DNA of 64,000 nt from Felis catus (Eukaryota). The notes beneath the pieces were generated by a model. That model was not told the DNA's origin and searched no databases. It saw only the letters and a list, made by a program, of their open reading frames with translations. Location: NCBI RefSeq assembly GCF_018350175.1, contig NC_058368.1, positions 224,132,001 to 224,196,000 on the forward strand, written 5' to 3'. Made by a program: the position numbers and the translations under genes. This document shows, one piece after another, positions 36,548-48,960 of the stretch (positions are counted from its first letter, which is position 1; every line of letters begins with the position of its first letter).

Positions 36548-37133
36548 AATAAAGAATTCTGTATCCATTTAAATATCTTTCAAAAACAATATAAATTAAG
36601 ACATTCCAAGGTAAATAAGGCCTTCCATCCAAGAAATGATACAGGCAATTATTGAAGCAAATGTGAAAGGGCACTCAATGTCAACTGTGTTCCACACAAA
36701 GAAAGAAAGATTATCAGCAACAGTAAATAAATATGTAAATATACAGTATAAGTGGAATTGTTTGTAATTCTTTTTTCTTTTCTCTGACTATAAACAACTG
36801 AATACAGGAATGATCATAAATATTATTGGTGGACTTACTATCTATAAAAATGTTATTGGAATGACAATTTAACCCAATAGGAAGGGGATAGATAGGAGGT
36901 CTATGGGACTAAAAATTGTGTATACTATAGGAATTAAGTTTTATGAATTTAGACTCCCTTGTTTTATGTTAAGATGTTAACTGAACCCCCACCCCAGGGA
37001 AACCATTAAGAAAATTATGAAAAATACATTACAAGAAACAAGAAAATGAATTAATTCTGTATAAAAATAATCTATTTAGCATAAGTCACCAATGGAGGAA
37101 TTGATGAACAAAAAAGACCCAAGACCTAAGACA

Positions 37134-37478
37134 AGCTTCCTCTGAGGCTCTTGATGGTGATCTTTCCCTTCCTCTTACAGCTTCTGGTAACCCCAGATGT
37201 TCCTTGGCTTTCAGCAGCATAATTTCGTATCTGCTGCCATTTTAACGTGACCATTTTCCCTCTGTTTCTGTGTATCTGTGTGTCTTCACGTGGAGTTCTC
37301 CCTATGTCTTCATTTTCTCTTGTTACTATGACAATAGTCGTATTGGACTAGGGCTCTCACCCTAGTACAATCATCTGAACTCAATTACATCTGCAAAGCC
37401 CTATTTCCAAATAAAGTAACATTTATGTGTGAGATAAGGTTTCACCATATCTTTTTGGAGGACACAATTAAACCCACA
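37134..37478 (-). mobile_element. Partial MaLR LTR (MLT1C-like) between L1 segments
   Basis: cagcttctggtaaccccagatgttccttggctt...attacatctgcaaagccctatttccaaataaag...gacacaattaaacccac. Confidence 0.85.
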
Positions 37479-37480
37479 GG

Positions 37481-38110
37481 GATAGCCAAAGTGATCTTAG
37501 AAAAAGGAAAAGAAAGTTGGAATACTCATACTTCCAGATTTCAGTTGTGACTACAAAATTATACTAGTCAGAATAGTTTCGTACCAGTCTGCATATACAT
37601 ATATAAATAAATGGAATAGACCTGAGAGTCTCAAAATTAAACCTTGCATATATGGATACATGTTTTTTTGTTGTTGTTGTTAAGGGTACCAAAAAACATA
37701 ATGGGAGAAAGAATTGGTATTTTTTTTCCAAAAATGGTGCTGGGAAAGTGTATACCCACATGCAAAACAAAACAAAACAAAACACCCCAAAACATTGTTA
37801 ACAGTATGCAAAATGTGAAAAACATTCAAATATCAATCAACTAAAAGTTAAATAAAAATGTGGCTTAGCCATATGGTAGAATTACTTAGTAATAAAAAAG
37901 AATGAAGTTCTGACATGTGCTACAAGTATAAACCTTCGGGATGCTATGCCAGATACAAAAACCCAAATATTGTATGATTCTATTTATATGAAATGTCTGT
38001 AAGAGGTAGAATAAAGAGGAAGAAAGCACCCTAGTCCTTGACAGAAGTTCGTGGAGGAGGGACTTGGGAGGGAAGGTTTATGGGTGTGGGATTTAGTTTT
38101 CTGATGGAAA
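37481..38110 (+). mobile_element. Old L1 late ORF2 / 3'UTR fragment
   Basis: atagccaaagtgatctt...aaagttggaatactcatacttccagatttc; aaatattgtatgattctatttatatgaaatgtc. Confidence 0.85.
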
Positions 38111-39814
38111 ATCATTTTACTGAAAGCAAAACAACCTTTGTTAGATTACTTTTTAAAGACGGGTGTGTATACTTTTTAAATACTTGATGTTAAAAATTGG
38201 CACTTGAATCCAAATAAGAGTGATTGTCAAAATGCTTTTGTTTAGCCCTTCAGTGAACACACACTTGTACTTGGCATTTGTGCATAGATTACCTTACCTA
38301 TATTATTTTGTTGCTGCATTTTCATCTCAAATTTTGCATTAAAATTCATCGTGTACTTGGCAAACTTCGTAAGTGAAAGTTATTGTGAGCCTTTGCTCTG
38401 AGATGCAATTATGTTGCCAAGTTGAAAGAAACCCTCTGAACCAAAGTAAACGGCTGCTTTGTTAGTTACTATACCTTTAATTCTTAAGGCACTCTTAATC
38501 AAATATAAGTTGGAATTTTTTTATTTTCTGTATGTCAAAAGTGTAACCAACAACTGTTAGAAAATTATAGAGACAACATATTGATATGCAGCACTTAAAA
38601 TCAATTGAATTCTAAATTTATTGCCGTAATTATATCAAAGAGGTTGTAAAAGCATTACTTATTTGAAGTTTGCTTCTATTTTACTACTATCTTTAAACAA
38701 GTTTAATAAGTACATAAAATTAATTATTTATGCTAAGTGGCAGCAGTAAATTTTAAACACTGTTTTACTTTTATTTATTTATCTCACATTTAAGGACCCA
38801 TATGACTAATTTCACAGTCCTTCTCATAGAAATATGTCTGCTTTGCTTTGCCGAATAAAGCAGATATCACTGATATCAGAAAAAGTCCTTATGATAGAAA
38901 GGCATTGTCTTAAGCAGCTTTTGGTATGAGCATTTAAAGAACAGCACATGGGACATAAAAGTAATGACGTAAGTTATTATACAAGTTACATAAACTGTAA
39001 TTTAATATGCAGCTTTGGCTAAATGTCCTTCAAGAGATTCTGGTAACCAACTAATCCATAAATTACAAACCATTTATTTCCAAATTTCTTAAATATATGA
39101 ACCTATTTATGAACAACTACTTTAGTTCAGAGAAAACTAGTTTTCACTGGCCTTTTCTTATTCTACTCAGACCATTCTCAAATGTTAAGTTGACCCCATG
39201 ACTTAAGTACCCATTAGCACTATGTGAATATATTCTTGATGTGAATCCGTGACAGGGATGTGAAAGTAATACAAAATGTAGTTTCAACCAAGTTATTAAG
39301 GTTCACGATACAACACTGTTTTAGTTACCTATTTTTTTCACAGAGTAGATACATCTTTTCTTTGCAGCCTATTACTTGCTGCCCAGAGGACACTGCCAGT
39401 AAATGTAGCTGCTATTATCCAAAACTTATCCTATACCAGAAAGTGTTTGGCTCTGAAGTTTTCATGCACTCCATAACATCCATTCTGTAATGCTTACACT
39501 GAACTGTTTAGTACGGGTTTTTCTAGATGTATCTAAGCACTTTTTATCATCTTTTTTTTTTTTAATAAAACAAGAATCATGATAGGTTCTTGGTGATTAA
39601 CTGATGTTTTTTACCCAAAGAAAAATGCCAAAGAGGAAAGTAACTCAAACTTCCACCCTCACCAGGAACCAGCTACTTATATTTTGAGACTCCACACAAA
39701 ATGAACATTGTTTAAAAATCTGGCAAAAAAAAAAAATGTTAGGAAGGCCAGCAACAACATAAAACGTTTCTTTCTTCTGTGATCTGTCTTGCTTTCAACT
39801 GACCACAATTTTTA

Positions 39815-40050
39815 TTTATTTATTTATTTATTTTAATTTTTTTTTCAACGTTTTTATTTATTTTTGGGACAGAGAGAGACAGAGCATGAACGGGGGAGGG
39901 GCAGAGAGAGAGGGAGACACAGAATCTGAAACAGGCTCCAGGCTCTGAGCCATCAGCCCAGAGCCCGATGCGGGGCTCGAACTCACCGACCGCGAGATCG
40001 TGACCTGGCTGAAGTCGGACGCTTAACCGACTGCGCCACCCAAGCGCCCC
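39815..40050 (-). mobile_element. Young CanSINE
   Basis: TSD aactgaccacaattttta at 39797-39814 and 40051-40068. Confidence 0.97.
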
Positions 40051-40279
40051 AACTGACCACAATTTTTAAATTTGCTACGTAATATTGTCCTAACAACAAC
40101 AAAACAATAAAAATGTAAATTATCAGCGTGCATTTTACTATTTACCATCATATTGTGGAATGCCATCTTTGAGTGCAACTATCAGAGCATTGAATTCATA
40201 TATGGGATCACCTAAATTACACAGTTTATATTTCTTAGTTCATTTAGTAATGGAATCTCAATCTGGCTAGATGGGACCA

Positions 40280-40960
40280 ACATAAACTCGATTTAGAAGG
40301 TTTAAAGTGGAAAAGACTCTCTGTGGGAACAAGACAGGCTGAAGGAGTGCTCCCTAGAGCACGGGAACACTTGTGGGGTGAGTGCAGACTCACACAGGAG
40401 CCTCAGGGCACTCTCTCACAGACACTCTCATAGGACAAACTTGGACCTGATGGGTGACCCATTGTGTTCCAGCTGGGAGCACAGAATCCAAGCAACTTTT
40501 TTTCTTACAGCCCCTCTCTGTTCTCACTCCACTGTGGTTGGGAAACCTCATGGATACGGCAACCACCTGACCCAGATCGTCCCCACACCAATGAGGGTAG
40601 AAGAAGACAGAGGTTTCTTGGTGGGTGCAGGGGCAGGGATGTGGAGGATAGACAGGGACATTTAGCCAAATACAGAGGGAAGAGGTGGACAACCCATCCA
40701 GGTAGAAGAGGTATGACCATGGTTGAGTTGAAGCTTTAAGACAGTGGAACATGCCCCGTTGTCTCAATGGACATCATCCAGAAAACGCAACGTCAAGATA
40801 AAATTAATAAATGTAAGCCATTGACTGCACAGCATTAAACCCCAACTATGTAATCCTTCCAGGCCTGTGTGACGATACTATTCACATATGTACAAAACCA
40901 GACCTGACCTTGGCATGGTGAAATTAGGAGCATGTCAGAAGAAACCAACCATCACTGCAG
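40280..40960 (+). mobile_element. Possible ancient LTR relic (family not assigned)
   Basis: Abrupt GC- and purine-richer island with AATAAA near 40806; no clear termini. Confidence 0.3.
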
Positions 40961-42439
40961 TTTGTTAAGGAGTTGAATATTGAAAGAGGCAACAACCATG
41001 CGTAGAGGTGGATTTTGAAAGTGTTATCATTTCTACATTTTTAGAATTGTACACTTTGACATTACATTGGAAGCAATGCTAAATTCAATGAATGTACTTT
41101 TTTGTGTGTGCATAGTGCCTGGTTGTTGGACAAGAAATATGAAAACAAATCAAAGGAAACAAGGTCCAAGATACCCTGTGCAAAGTTTTCTGTAAGATAA
41201 CATTAGAAATCAAGATATTTATATACAAAACTAGCAAATTTCTAAAAACTCAGTTTTTCATGAGAAAAATTAAAAACAAATATTTTAATAGATTTGTCGA
41301 CTATAAGTTTGCTATCATTATTGGCCCAGATAATCTCACAAATTCATTTTCATTAAGTTTGAAAATATTTATATTATATATTTAGAAAAAACAAATGTAC
41401 ATACACCATTTTCACATAATTTATATTATTTACATAATATTAAATGAAGATCACCTGTGTCATGTAATATTCAGGTAAAGGACGGATAAAACAGGCTTAT
41501 AATCCTTAGAACACACACACAAATACGTGTGTGTGTGTTGATGTGTATGCTCTTCAAAAGTCATGTACATATTCTCATCTGTTACGCCTTCCTATATAAA
41601 TTAGAATGTGCAGAAAAATCCCGTCCCCTATCAGAGCTTTTAATAAATAAGTTACTTGTTCCACTCTTAAGACAGCCTTTACTATTTCTTCTTCAGATAA
41701 GAAAAATTAAGTCCTAGGAGCTTAATTGAAAAGCCAGAATTGAATCTTAGAAATTCTGACTTTTAATCCAAGGACATTTATTATGTGCCAATAACTATTC
41801 ATTGTAGAAAATTAAATTCAAATTCTAAAAACACTGGTGTTTTCATAAAAGATTACTTTATAGAAAGAAATGTCATTGGGAGAAAGTATTGTCCAACATT
41901 CACCTACCTAAAAGTGAGTCCTCCTTGTTGTATGTAATGGTCTTGAGATTCTGGAGTCATTTTATGAAGATATTTTCATTCCGTGAATATGTGAGCATCT
42001 TCATAAAATAGATATTTCTGAAAAGAAACAAACACGTTAGTGGACTATAACATTTACATCTCATTTAATGTCTTTGAGTGGCAATGAAAGCAGAAGATAA
42101 AGGGATTTTATAAACTAAAGGATCGTTTTTGGTGTCTGTAAATTATAAGATAATGTCTACTTTGGGGAACATATCAAATATATACAGAATGATATCACCA
42201 TCTGTCCCAGATGACCTCCATCTGCCTGGTTAAATCATTAGTATGTTCTGTAACTGCCAAATGTTAGTGTTTCCCAATACATGGCTGACATATTGGAACG
42301 AATTCTAACCTCAAAGAGTACTGCTTTGAAATCCGGGTTTGTCGAGAAAACCAAACCAACAACAACAAAAAAGCCACTTTTCAAGCATTTATTATCAAAA
42401 TCACATTAATTTAGCTACATGGCAATTTTGTTCCCTGAA

Positions 42440-42535
42440 GTAAATTATTAGTATAGTATATAACTTGATGGAGTGTAGTTATTGGGCTTTGTAAATTATT
42501 AGTATAGTATATAAATGGATGGAGTGTAGTATTTG
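42440..42535. repeat. 51-bp tandem duplication
   Basis: gtaaattattagtatagtatataa...gatggagtgtagt starts at 42440 and 42491. Confidence 0.92.
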
Positions 42536-44223
42536 CCATAGAAAGACCCAATATCATTTACAAAATACTGAGAATGTCCTAGTTCCTTTTTTCTATTAAA
42601 ATATAATTGTAATGCAGATGAATTAAAAGACTTAGAAAAATATAATAAAGAAAAATTAAGGGCACATAATATATTGTCAGTTGAATGAAACTTTGCAAAC
42701 ATGACGACATATTCCTTTACATTCTGTTTTTCTATGTATATTCAGAAATATTTTCAGATAACTAGGATCATTTGAAATAAAGCAATTATTAAAACATCAG
42801 CTCTCAGTAGAGGATGTTAAAAACTATGGAGAATAAAATGAGATCAATGTACCTATGTGATTAAATGTGTCATTATTTGGGATAAATTTAGAAGTAGTTC
42901 TGTAAGCTTGTGTGTTATCCTAAATTGCACAGAGAAAATACAAGGGGTACATGTGAGTATTAAGAACTATTGATGATTAACCAGGTGTGAATTTTCCACT
43001 TTATAGTATAATTTGTGTTATTATTTTTTCTTTTTCTTTTTTTTAATGTTTATAAACAGGACTTCACTGATGTATTTCATTTTCTAATTTTACGTAAAAA
43101 TTATGTAATTTGCATGTTATCTAACAAAAATGATGTACATGCATGCTCCTCGTATCCATAGAACATGCAAATTATCACACACCTTTATTAATTCATAGGT
43201 ATTGTGATTCACAGTTACTTTAGTTTCTTTACGTGAATTTCCACTCTCCAGCTCAGGAATCAATAACTCTCAGTGGTCTCAGGGCTCGCCTTGGTGTTGT
43301 TTTCCATAGTATGTGAATTTAACTTCCAGTTTGGTTGTGGTTAATCCCATCCCCAATCCTCTTGGAAGCAAGAGCCAAAAAGTATAGCGGATTGTGGCCA
43401 GAATCTGCTACAGTCAAATGGGAATTGAGATAAAGACTTTGCTAAATGTTCCAGCCAAACGAGAATTTAGATGAAGACATGCACCGATGTAATTTAGAAC
43501 AAATATGGATTTGCTTCAAATTGACAGAACAAAGCCAAACCACAGAGAAAACCAATACCATGATCTTTGGTGTTAAAGAGGCGTTAAGTGGAAATAACAC
43601 GTATTTATATGTATGGCAGGTGGTAACAATGCACAGTGCTGAACATAACTCAGGCACAGAAACTATTATGTTTTGACATTCCGTGAAATGGTATCTGAGC
43701 TCTACCTTCTCATGTAGGCCATTACTTAGGTGGGAATGAAGGTACCATTACAAACGTCATACCTCCAAGCAATCTGTATACAGCTATGTGACAAGGAACT
43801 CATTGCTAATACAGCAGATATGAATAATAGCAGGGCCCGTGTGTGGAGAAAGGAACGCTGAACTCATGGACTCTGATATCAACAGATCCTATCTCATCAA
43901 ACCTCTACCCCGTGTCTGTTATATATGGAGTATAACAGAATCCAAATAGTCTCTAGCATGTAATAAATATCAAGACTCCCTGAGGGTAGAAAAAGTGCTA
44001 TTGCTGTATTTATTTATTTACTTATTTATTTATGTATGTATTTATTTATTTATTTATGAAAAAGTCCTGATTTGGATCCAAGTTCTTCCAGGATTTCAGT
44101 TATATTAGGTTAAAAGAACCACACAAGTAACCTTGATGATTGGAGTGAACTGGGAGGGTTTTGTGGCTGAGGAAATCCTGTCCCCGCCTGGAAGGGAGGC
44201 TGAAGAGTGAAATCTGGACTCTT

Positions 44224-44258
44224 TTTGTTTTTGTTTTCCCCAATGTTTATTTATTTAT

Positions 44259-44303
<45 letters not shown>

Positions 44304-44463
44304 CAGAAAGAGAGGGGCAGAGAAGGAAAGAGAGAATCCCAAGCTGGCTCCATGCTGTCAGCATAGAGTCTGACGCAGGGCTGGATCACACAAACCGGGA
44401 GGTCATGACCTGAGCCGAAATCATGAGTCAGATGCTTAACCAAATGAGCCACCAAGGCGCCCC
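44224..44463 (-). mobile_element. CanSINE
   Basis: TSD tggactctt at 44215-44223 and 44464-44472. Confidence 0.95.
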
Positions 44464-44939
44464 TGGACTCTTCATTGAAACCTTCCAAAGTTTAAATGTC
44501 AAATGTTGGTAGCTTACTGAAATTCTTAAAACACGGCACATGTCTAACAGCAGCTGCCTCCTAACTCCAACTTGATGACTTTCCTTAGAACTTGACAGAG
44601 TTAAAGTATGTATTTGATTACCAGAGTCAGAATAGCAACTAAGTTTAGATACAGAGTTTGTATCACTTTTCCATAATTCAAGATCTTGCTTTTCTTGCTT
44701 TATTACTTCCGAAGCTTCCTATATTGTGTCATAACCACAGTCTCTGTTTTCCAGCCTTCTTCAACCTACCGTATTCTTATCATTGCCCTGTAACAGAGAG
44801 AAGTGGTCTTCGTGGAAGCAATCTTGAGTGAGATTGGATTTAATTCCTGGTTGTGTGCCCCCGATCCTGCCGAAGGGTGATTTCTCTGACTCTCTTGGAG
44901 ATTCTGTAAGCTACTCCAATATGCTCGCTCGCTCTATCT

Positions 44940-45140
44940 ATGTATCATCTATTTAAATGTTTAATTACTTTTGAGAGAGAGTGCATGAGCGGGGTTAGGT
45001 GCAGAGAGAGGAGGTCAGACTCCAAAGCAGGTCCCGTGGTGACAGCGGAGAGCCTGACTCCAGGCTCAAATCCATGAACCGTGAGATCGTGACCTGAGCT
45101 GATGTGAGAGGCTTAACCGATTGAGCCGCCCAGGTGCCCC
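44940..45140 (-). mobile_element. CanSINE
   Basis: Antisense SINE ending gagccgcccaggtgcccc. Confidence 0.92.
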
Positions 45141-45809
45141 CTGCCAATAGACTTTGAAATATTCCTTCTCCCCCCCCGAAATAATGTCTTAATAAGCATT
45201 ATTCCATAACTAAGACTCTTAAACTTTTCCACAGTGTGTGTGTGTTTGTATGCAAGCATATATGCATATATATGCAGTTGCCTTTGTCTTCTTTGCTTAT
45301 TTTCGTACCAAACAATAAGAAGTTAATCTTCTAAGCAATGTTTTTGTATGCCATACATTAAAAATGCTCATGGAATAGTGGAAATTGTGGGCACAGCACA
45401 CTGCCATAATACAAAAATATAATCTTTGTAAGTTGTGTCCATATATACTTATGAAATATTATAATAAAGCAATATACAAGCAACGTTTTTCAATTCCTTT
45501 CCTAGTGAACTGTCAAAGTCATAGGATGAAAAGTCAATGTCCCTCTAGAAAAGGAAGAATTCTGAAACTTGATTCTATCCAGCTTGTAAATTCTAATTTT
45601 TAGATGTTTTTCTTATGCATTATTAGAAAAGCTTCATTCAGTAACTATATTGTATAGACCTCAGCTTATAATGCAATAATAAAATCTCCAGATATAAATT
45701 CACTGAAAATTGTACAAAAAGAGAGTCTAATATTTTCCCCAAATTTAAGGAATTCCTCTACATTTATCTGGTTATTAAGTTACTCTAAAGTATAGGAACC
45801 CAAACATTT

Positions 45810-45920
45810 GGCATACATTTATTGAATATATATTGAACATATAAACTTTGCAGGCACTATGGCAGGGCTGAGCACACAAAATTATACAAAATCTACTGCG
45901 TTCTGTGTTCTTTCAAGGAA
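45810..45920 (-). mobile_element. L2 3' end relic
   Basis: catttattgaatat...caggcactatggcagggctg...ttcaaggaa. Confidence 0.6.
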
Positions 45921-45936
45921 TGAGGAATTAACTGAG

Positions 45937-46260
45937 GCAACCCTCCAACAATGTTGGCAAGAATGTAAATTGGTGTACCTACTGTGGAAAATAGTATAGA
46001 AGTTCCTAAAAATATTAAAAATAGAAATTCCATAGGATTCCATAGGATTCCATAGGATTTTTAATTCCATATTAAAAATAGTAATTCCACTACTGGGTAT
46101 TTACCCGAGGAAAACTAAAAACCTAATTCAAAAAGATACATGTACCCCTATGTTTATCGCGGCATGGTTTATAATAGCCAATATATGGAAGCAGCCCAAG
46201 TAAACATTGGTAGATGAATAAAGAAGATATATATCTTATTATATATGTGTCAAAAATACT

Positions 46261-46262
<2 letters not shown>
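45937..46262 (+). mobile_element. Short L1 3'-region fragment ending in (GA)n
   Basis: gtaaattggtgt...actgtggaaaatagtat, ccactactgggtatttaccc, tgtacccctatgtttat. Confidence 0.9.
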
Positions 46263-46305
<43 letters not shown>

Positions 46306-46491
46306 AGGTGAAGAAATAGGAATTGAGTGAGAGCAAGAAAGAGAGAAAAAGGGAGAGAGAGAGAGAGAGTTTGTGTGTGTGTCTGTGTTTGTCTGATGTC
46401 CACCCTTAGGTAAATGTTTGAGGAGCAAATTGAAGTGTGTTAGGAAAAGGGGATTAGAAAATGGAATAGGTGAAATTTATAAAAATTTATT

Positions 46492-46654
46492 TTTCGAAGT
46501 TTTTAATTACAGGAAAACCTTGAATTGAGAATAACTTGTTCTGCCAGACAAGCAAACATTTATAATAAATTTTAAACTGATAAAAGACTGATGTCTTGCA
46601 ATACGGAGTAGTATGTGATGCTGAATGTCACATGATCACAACCTAGCCAATGGT

Positions 46655-46704
<50 letters not shown>

Positions 46705-47595
46705 GGGATTATGGGCGATTGTCTCCCATGCTCAGATGCTTTGTCTCAGGCCACGGGGTTTGACACATATCAGTGACTTTTCAGAATGCCGGAAGGTACC
46801 CACAACTGGTACTAGTGTATTTTTTGTTGCTCCCAAGCACCTCTGGACAGTCCTTTGCTTTTCCATCCAAGAGGAAGCTGAGGAATGCTTTGCTTCATGC
46901 TAGGTCTGGCTGCCTGCAGATATAGACCCTTTCCTCTGCTGCCTTATTGCCAGTTACATTACATGCAGTGTGACAAGAGTTTATTAATACTGCACTGTAG
47001 TCAACATCCGTGTGAGCATATACAATAGCCCCCCATGCAGGGAAAGATTTCACTGAGCCAATAGATAGCAATGATTCTATTAGTGAGAGTGAAAATTGTC
47101 CTACACAATAATCGTCCTCTCTCTGGTCTCCCTCACACCAGCCATGAAGGTTTTCAAAGGGAAGCACAGGTTCATTTGTTTATTTTTCTTTATATTCTGT
47201 ACTTTATTATTTTGTATTATATTACTGTATTATAATCACTTTTAGATGAATATTTTTGGGTTGTGGAATGAATCATCTGAGTTTCCATTATATCTTATGG
47301 GGAAATTCTCTTTGATATACAAGTTCTTTGGATTATAAGCGTGTTTCCAGAATGAATTATGCTCGCAGACCAAGCTTTTGCTTCATTTTCGGAGAGAGAG
47401 AGAAAGAGAGAGTGTGTTTGTGTGCCAGCAGAAGAGGTGCGGAGGGAGAGAGAAAGAGAGAAGGAAAATCCCAAGCAGGTTCTATGCTGTCAGCCCAGAG
47501 CCTGACAGAGGACTTGAACTCATGAACTGTGAGGTCATGACCTGAGTCAAAATCAAGAGTTGGCCACTTCACCGACTGAGTCACCCAGGTACCCC
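46492..47595 (-). mobile_element. CanSINE whose tail is split by the DNA transposon (parts 46492-46509 and 47384-47595)
   Basis: TSD aatttataaaa(a)tttatt at 46474-46491 and 47596-47612 encloses both elements. Confidence 0.88.
46510..47383. mobile_element. Non-autonomous Tigger/pogo-like DNA transposon (about 870 bp)
   Basis: Imperfect TIRs caggaaaaccttgaattgaga and ctcgcagaccaagcttttgctt; TA at left end (ca at right); no transposase ORF. Confidence 0.8.
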
Positions 47596-47644
47596 AATTT
47601 ATAAAATTTATTACGTTGATCCTGCATGTTCTATGCTAGACTCA

Positions 47645-48035
47645 GTAATAATTCTTTTAAAGGGCCAGATAGTAAGTCTGAGTTTTTGTTTTAGCGGGCT
47701 GCAACTCTTCCTCTGCAACCCCAAAGCAGCTTGAAATAATATGTATCTCTCTGTCCCAAAAATAAAATAAACGTTGAAAAAAAAAGGGGGGCGCCTGGGT
47801 GGCGCAGTCGGTTAAGCGTCCGACTTCAGCCAGGTCAGGATCTCACGGTCCGTGAGTTCGAGCCCTGCGTCAGGCTCTGGGCTGATGGCTCAGAGCCTGG
47901 AGCCTGTTTCAGATTCTGTGTCTCCCTCTTTCTCTGCCCCTCCCCCGTTCATGCTCTGTCTCTCTCTGTCCCAAAAATAAATAAACGTTGAAAAAAAAAA
48001 AGAAATAATATGTAGATGACCTCGGCTGTGTCTCC
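47645..48035 (+). mobile_element. MER58-like hAT-Charlie relic interrupted by SINEs
   Basis: aaagggccagatagtaa...gcgggc...gcaact...aaagcagc...taatatgta...ggctgtgt. Confidence 0.75.
47746..48001 (+). mobile_element. Tandem young CanSINE: 40-nt 3' fragment (47746-47785) plus full copy (47786-48001)
   Basis: Single TSD gaaataatatgta at 47733-47745 and 48002-48014. Confidence 0.95.
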
Positions 48036-48049
48036 TGTGTAGGCAGCCT

Positions 48050-48534
48050 CTTCCTTCCCCAACTTATAGCAAGCACTGATATCTGTTTTCCATCCTTACA
48101 GGTTTATCTTCTGCAGCATGCCATGTAAGTATGGAGTTTGGGGGTCCAACGATCCATTTCACTAAGACCTGTAAGATTCACATATTGTTATGTGAATAGA
48201 TCATTTTTTCCTTTAAATTTAGGGTAGCATTCCATTGGCGGAGTGCATCACCTTTTATCCATTCATATGTAGAAATTAATCCTGAGTTTTGAGTTTTTGG
48301 TGATAATGATTAAACCACTGCACGCATACACAAGGTTTTGTGTGAATCAGTTTTCCTTTGACTTTAGTAAATACTTGGAAATAAATTTGCTTAGTCAGAT
48401 GGGAAATACATGTTTAACTTCAAAATGATGCCTCAAAGTGTTTTACAAAGTAGCTGCATCATTTTGCATTTCCATGAGCAAAAAAGGAGAATTTCTGTTG
48501 CCCTATTTCTTGTCATTTGCTGTGGTCAGTTTTT

Positions 48535-48585
<51 letters not shown>

Positions 48586-48623
48586 CTCTTTCTTTTGTGG
48601 TCAGTTTTCTTTCTTTCTTTCTG

Positions 48624-48672
<49 letters not shown>

Positions 48673-48686
48673 TTTCCTTCTTTCTC

Positions 48687-48733
<47 letters not shown>

Positions 48734-48960
48734 TTTCTTTCTTTCTTTCTTCAGCTATTTGAATACATGTGTAGCAGGAGCACGTTGTGGTTTTGATTTG
48801 CATTTTCCTCAAGACTAATGATTTTGAGCAACTTTATACATGCTTAATGGCTAACCACTAACCGTTTCCCTTATTTGCCAAAGCGTTTGCCTATGTTTTT
48901 TGGCCATTTTTAAAACTGAGTCTGTTTTCTAATTGTTATGCTTTAAAGTTTTAAATTATT
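48050..48960 (-). mobile_element. Old L1 (L1MC/MD-like) 3' fragment
   Basis: gtagcattccattg...ttatccattca...cattttgcatttccatgagcaa...gttgtggttttgatttgcatttt. Confidence 0.85.
48531..48752 (+). repeat. (TTTC)n microsatellite with duplicated tgtggtcagtttt
   Basis: Direct reading. Confidence 0.97.

Larger units (their letters stand above)
34245..37130 (+). mobile_element. Ancient L1 (L1M4/L1MD-like) 5'UTR plus ORF1 and inter-ORF region
   Basis: ccataaaagcaatgag...ttgtcaaaatcaac 5' end; ORF1 relics agatacctgtggaacaccaccaa and atggctgaaaattgtcccaatttt. Confidence 0.8.

Noticed and set aside
42440..42535. Spaced direct repeats as a CRISPR-like array
   Set aside because: Two-copy tandem duplication in mammalian DNA with no spacers or cas genes
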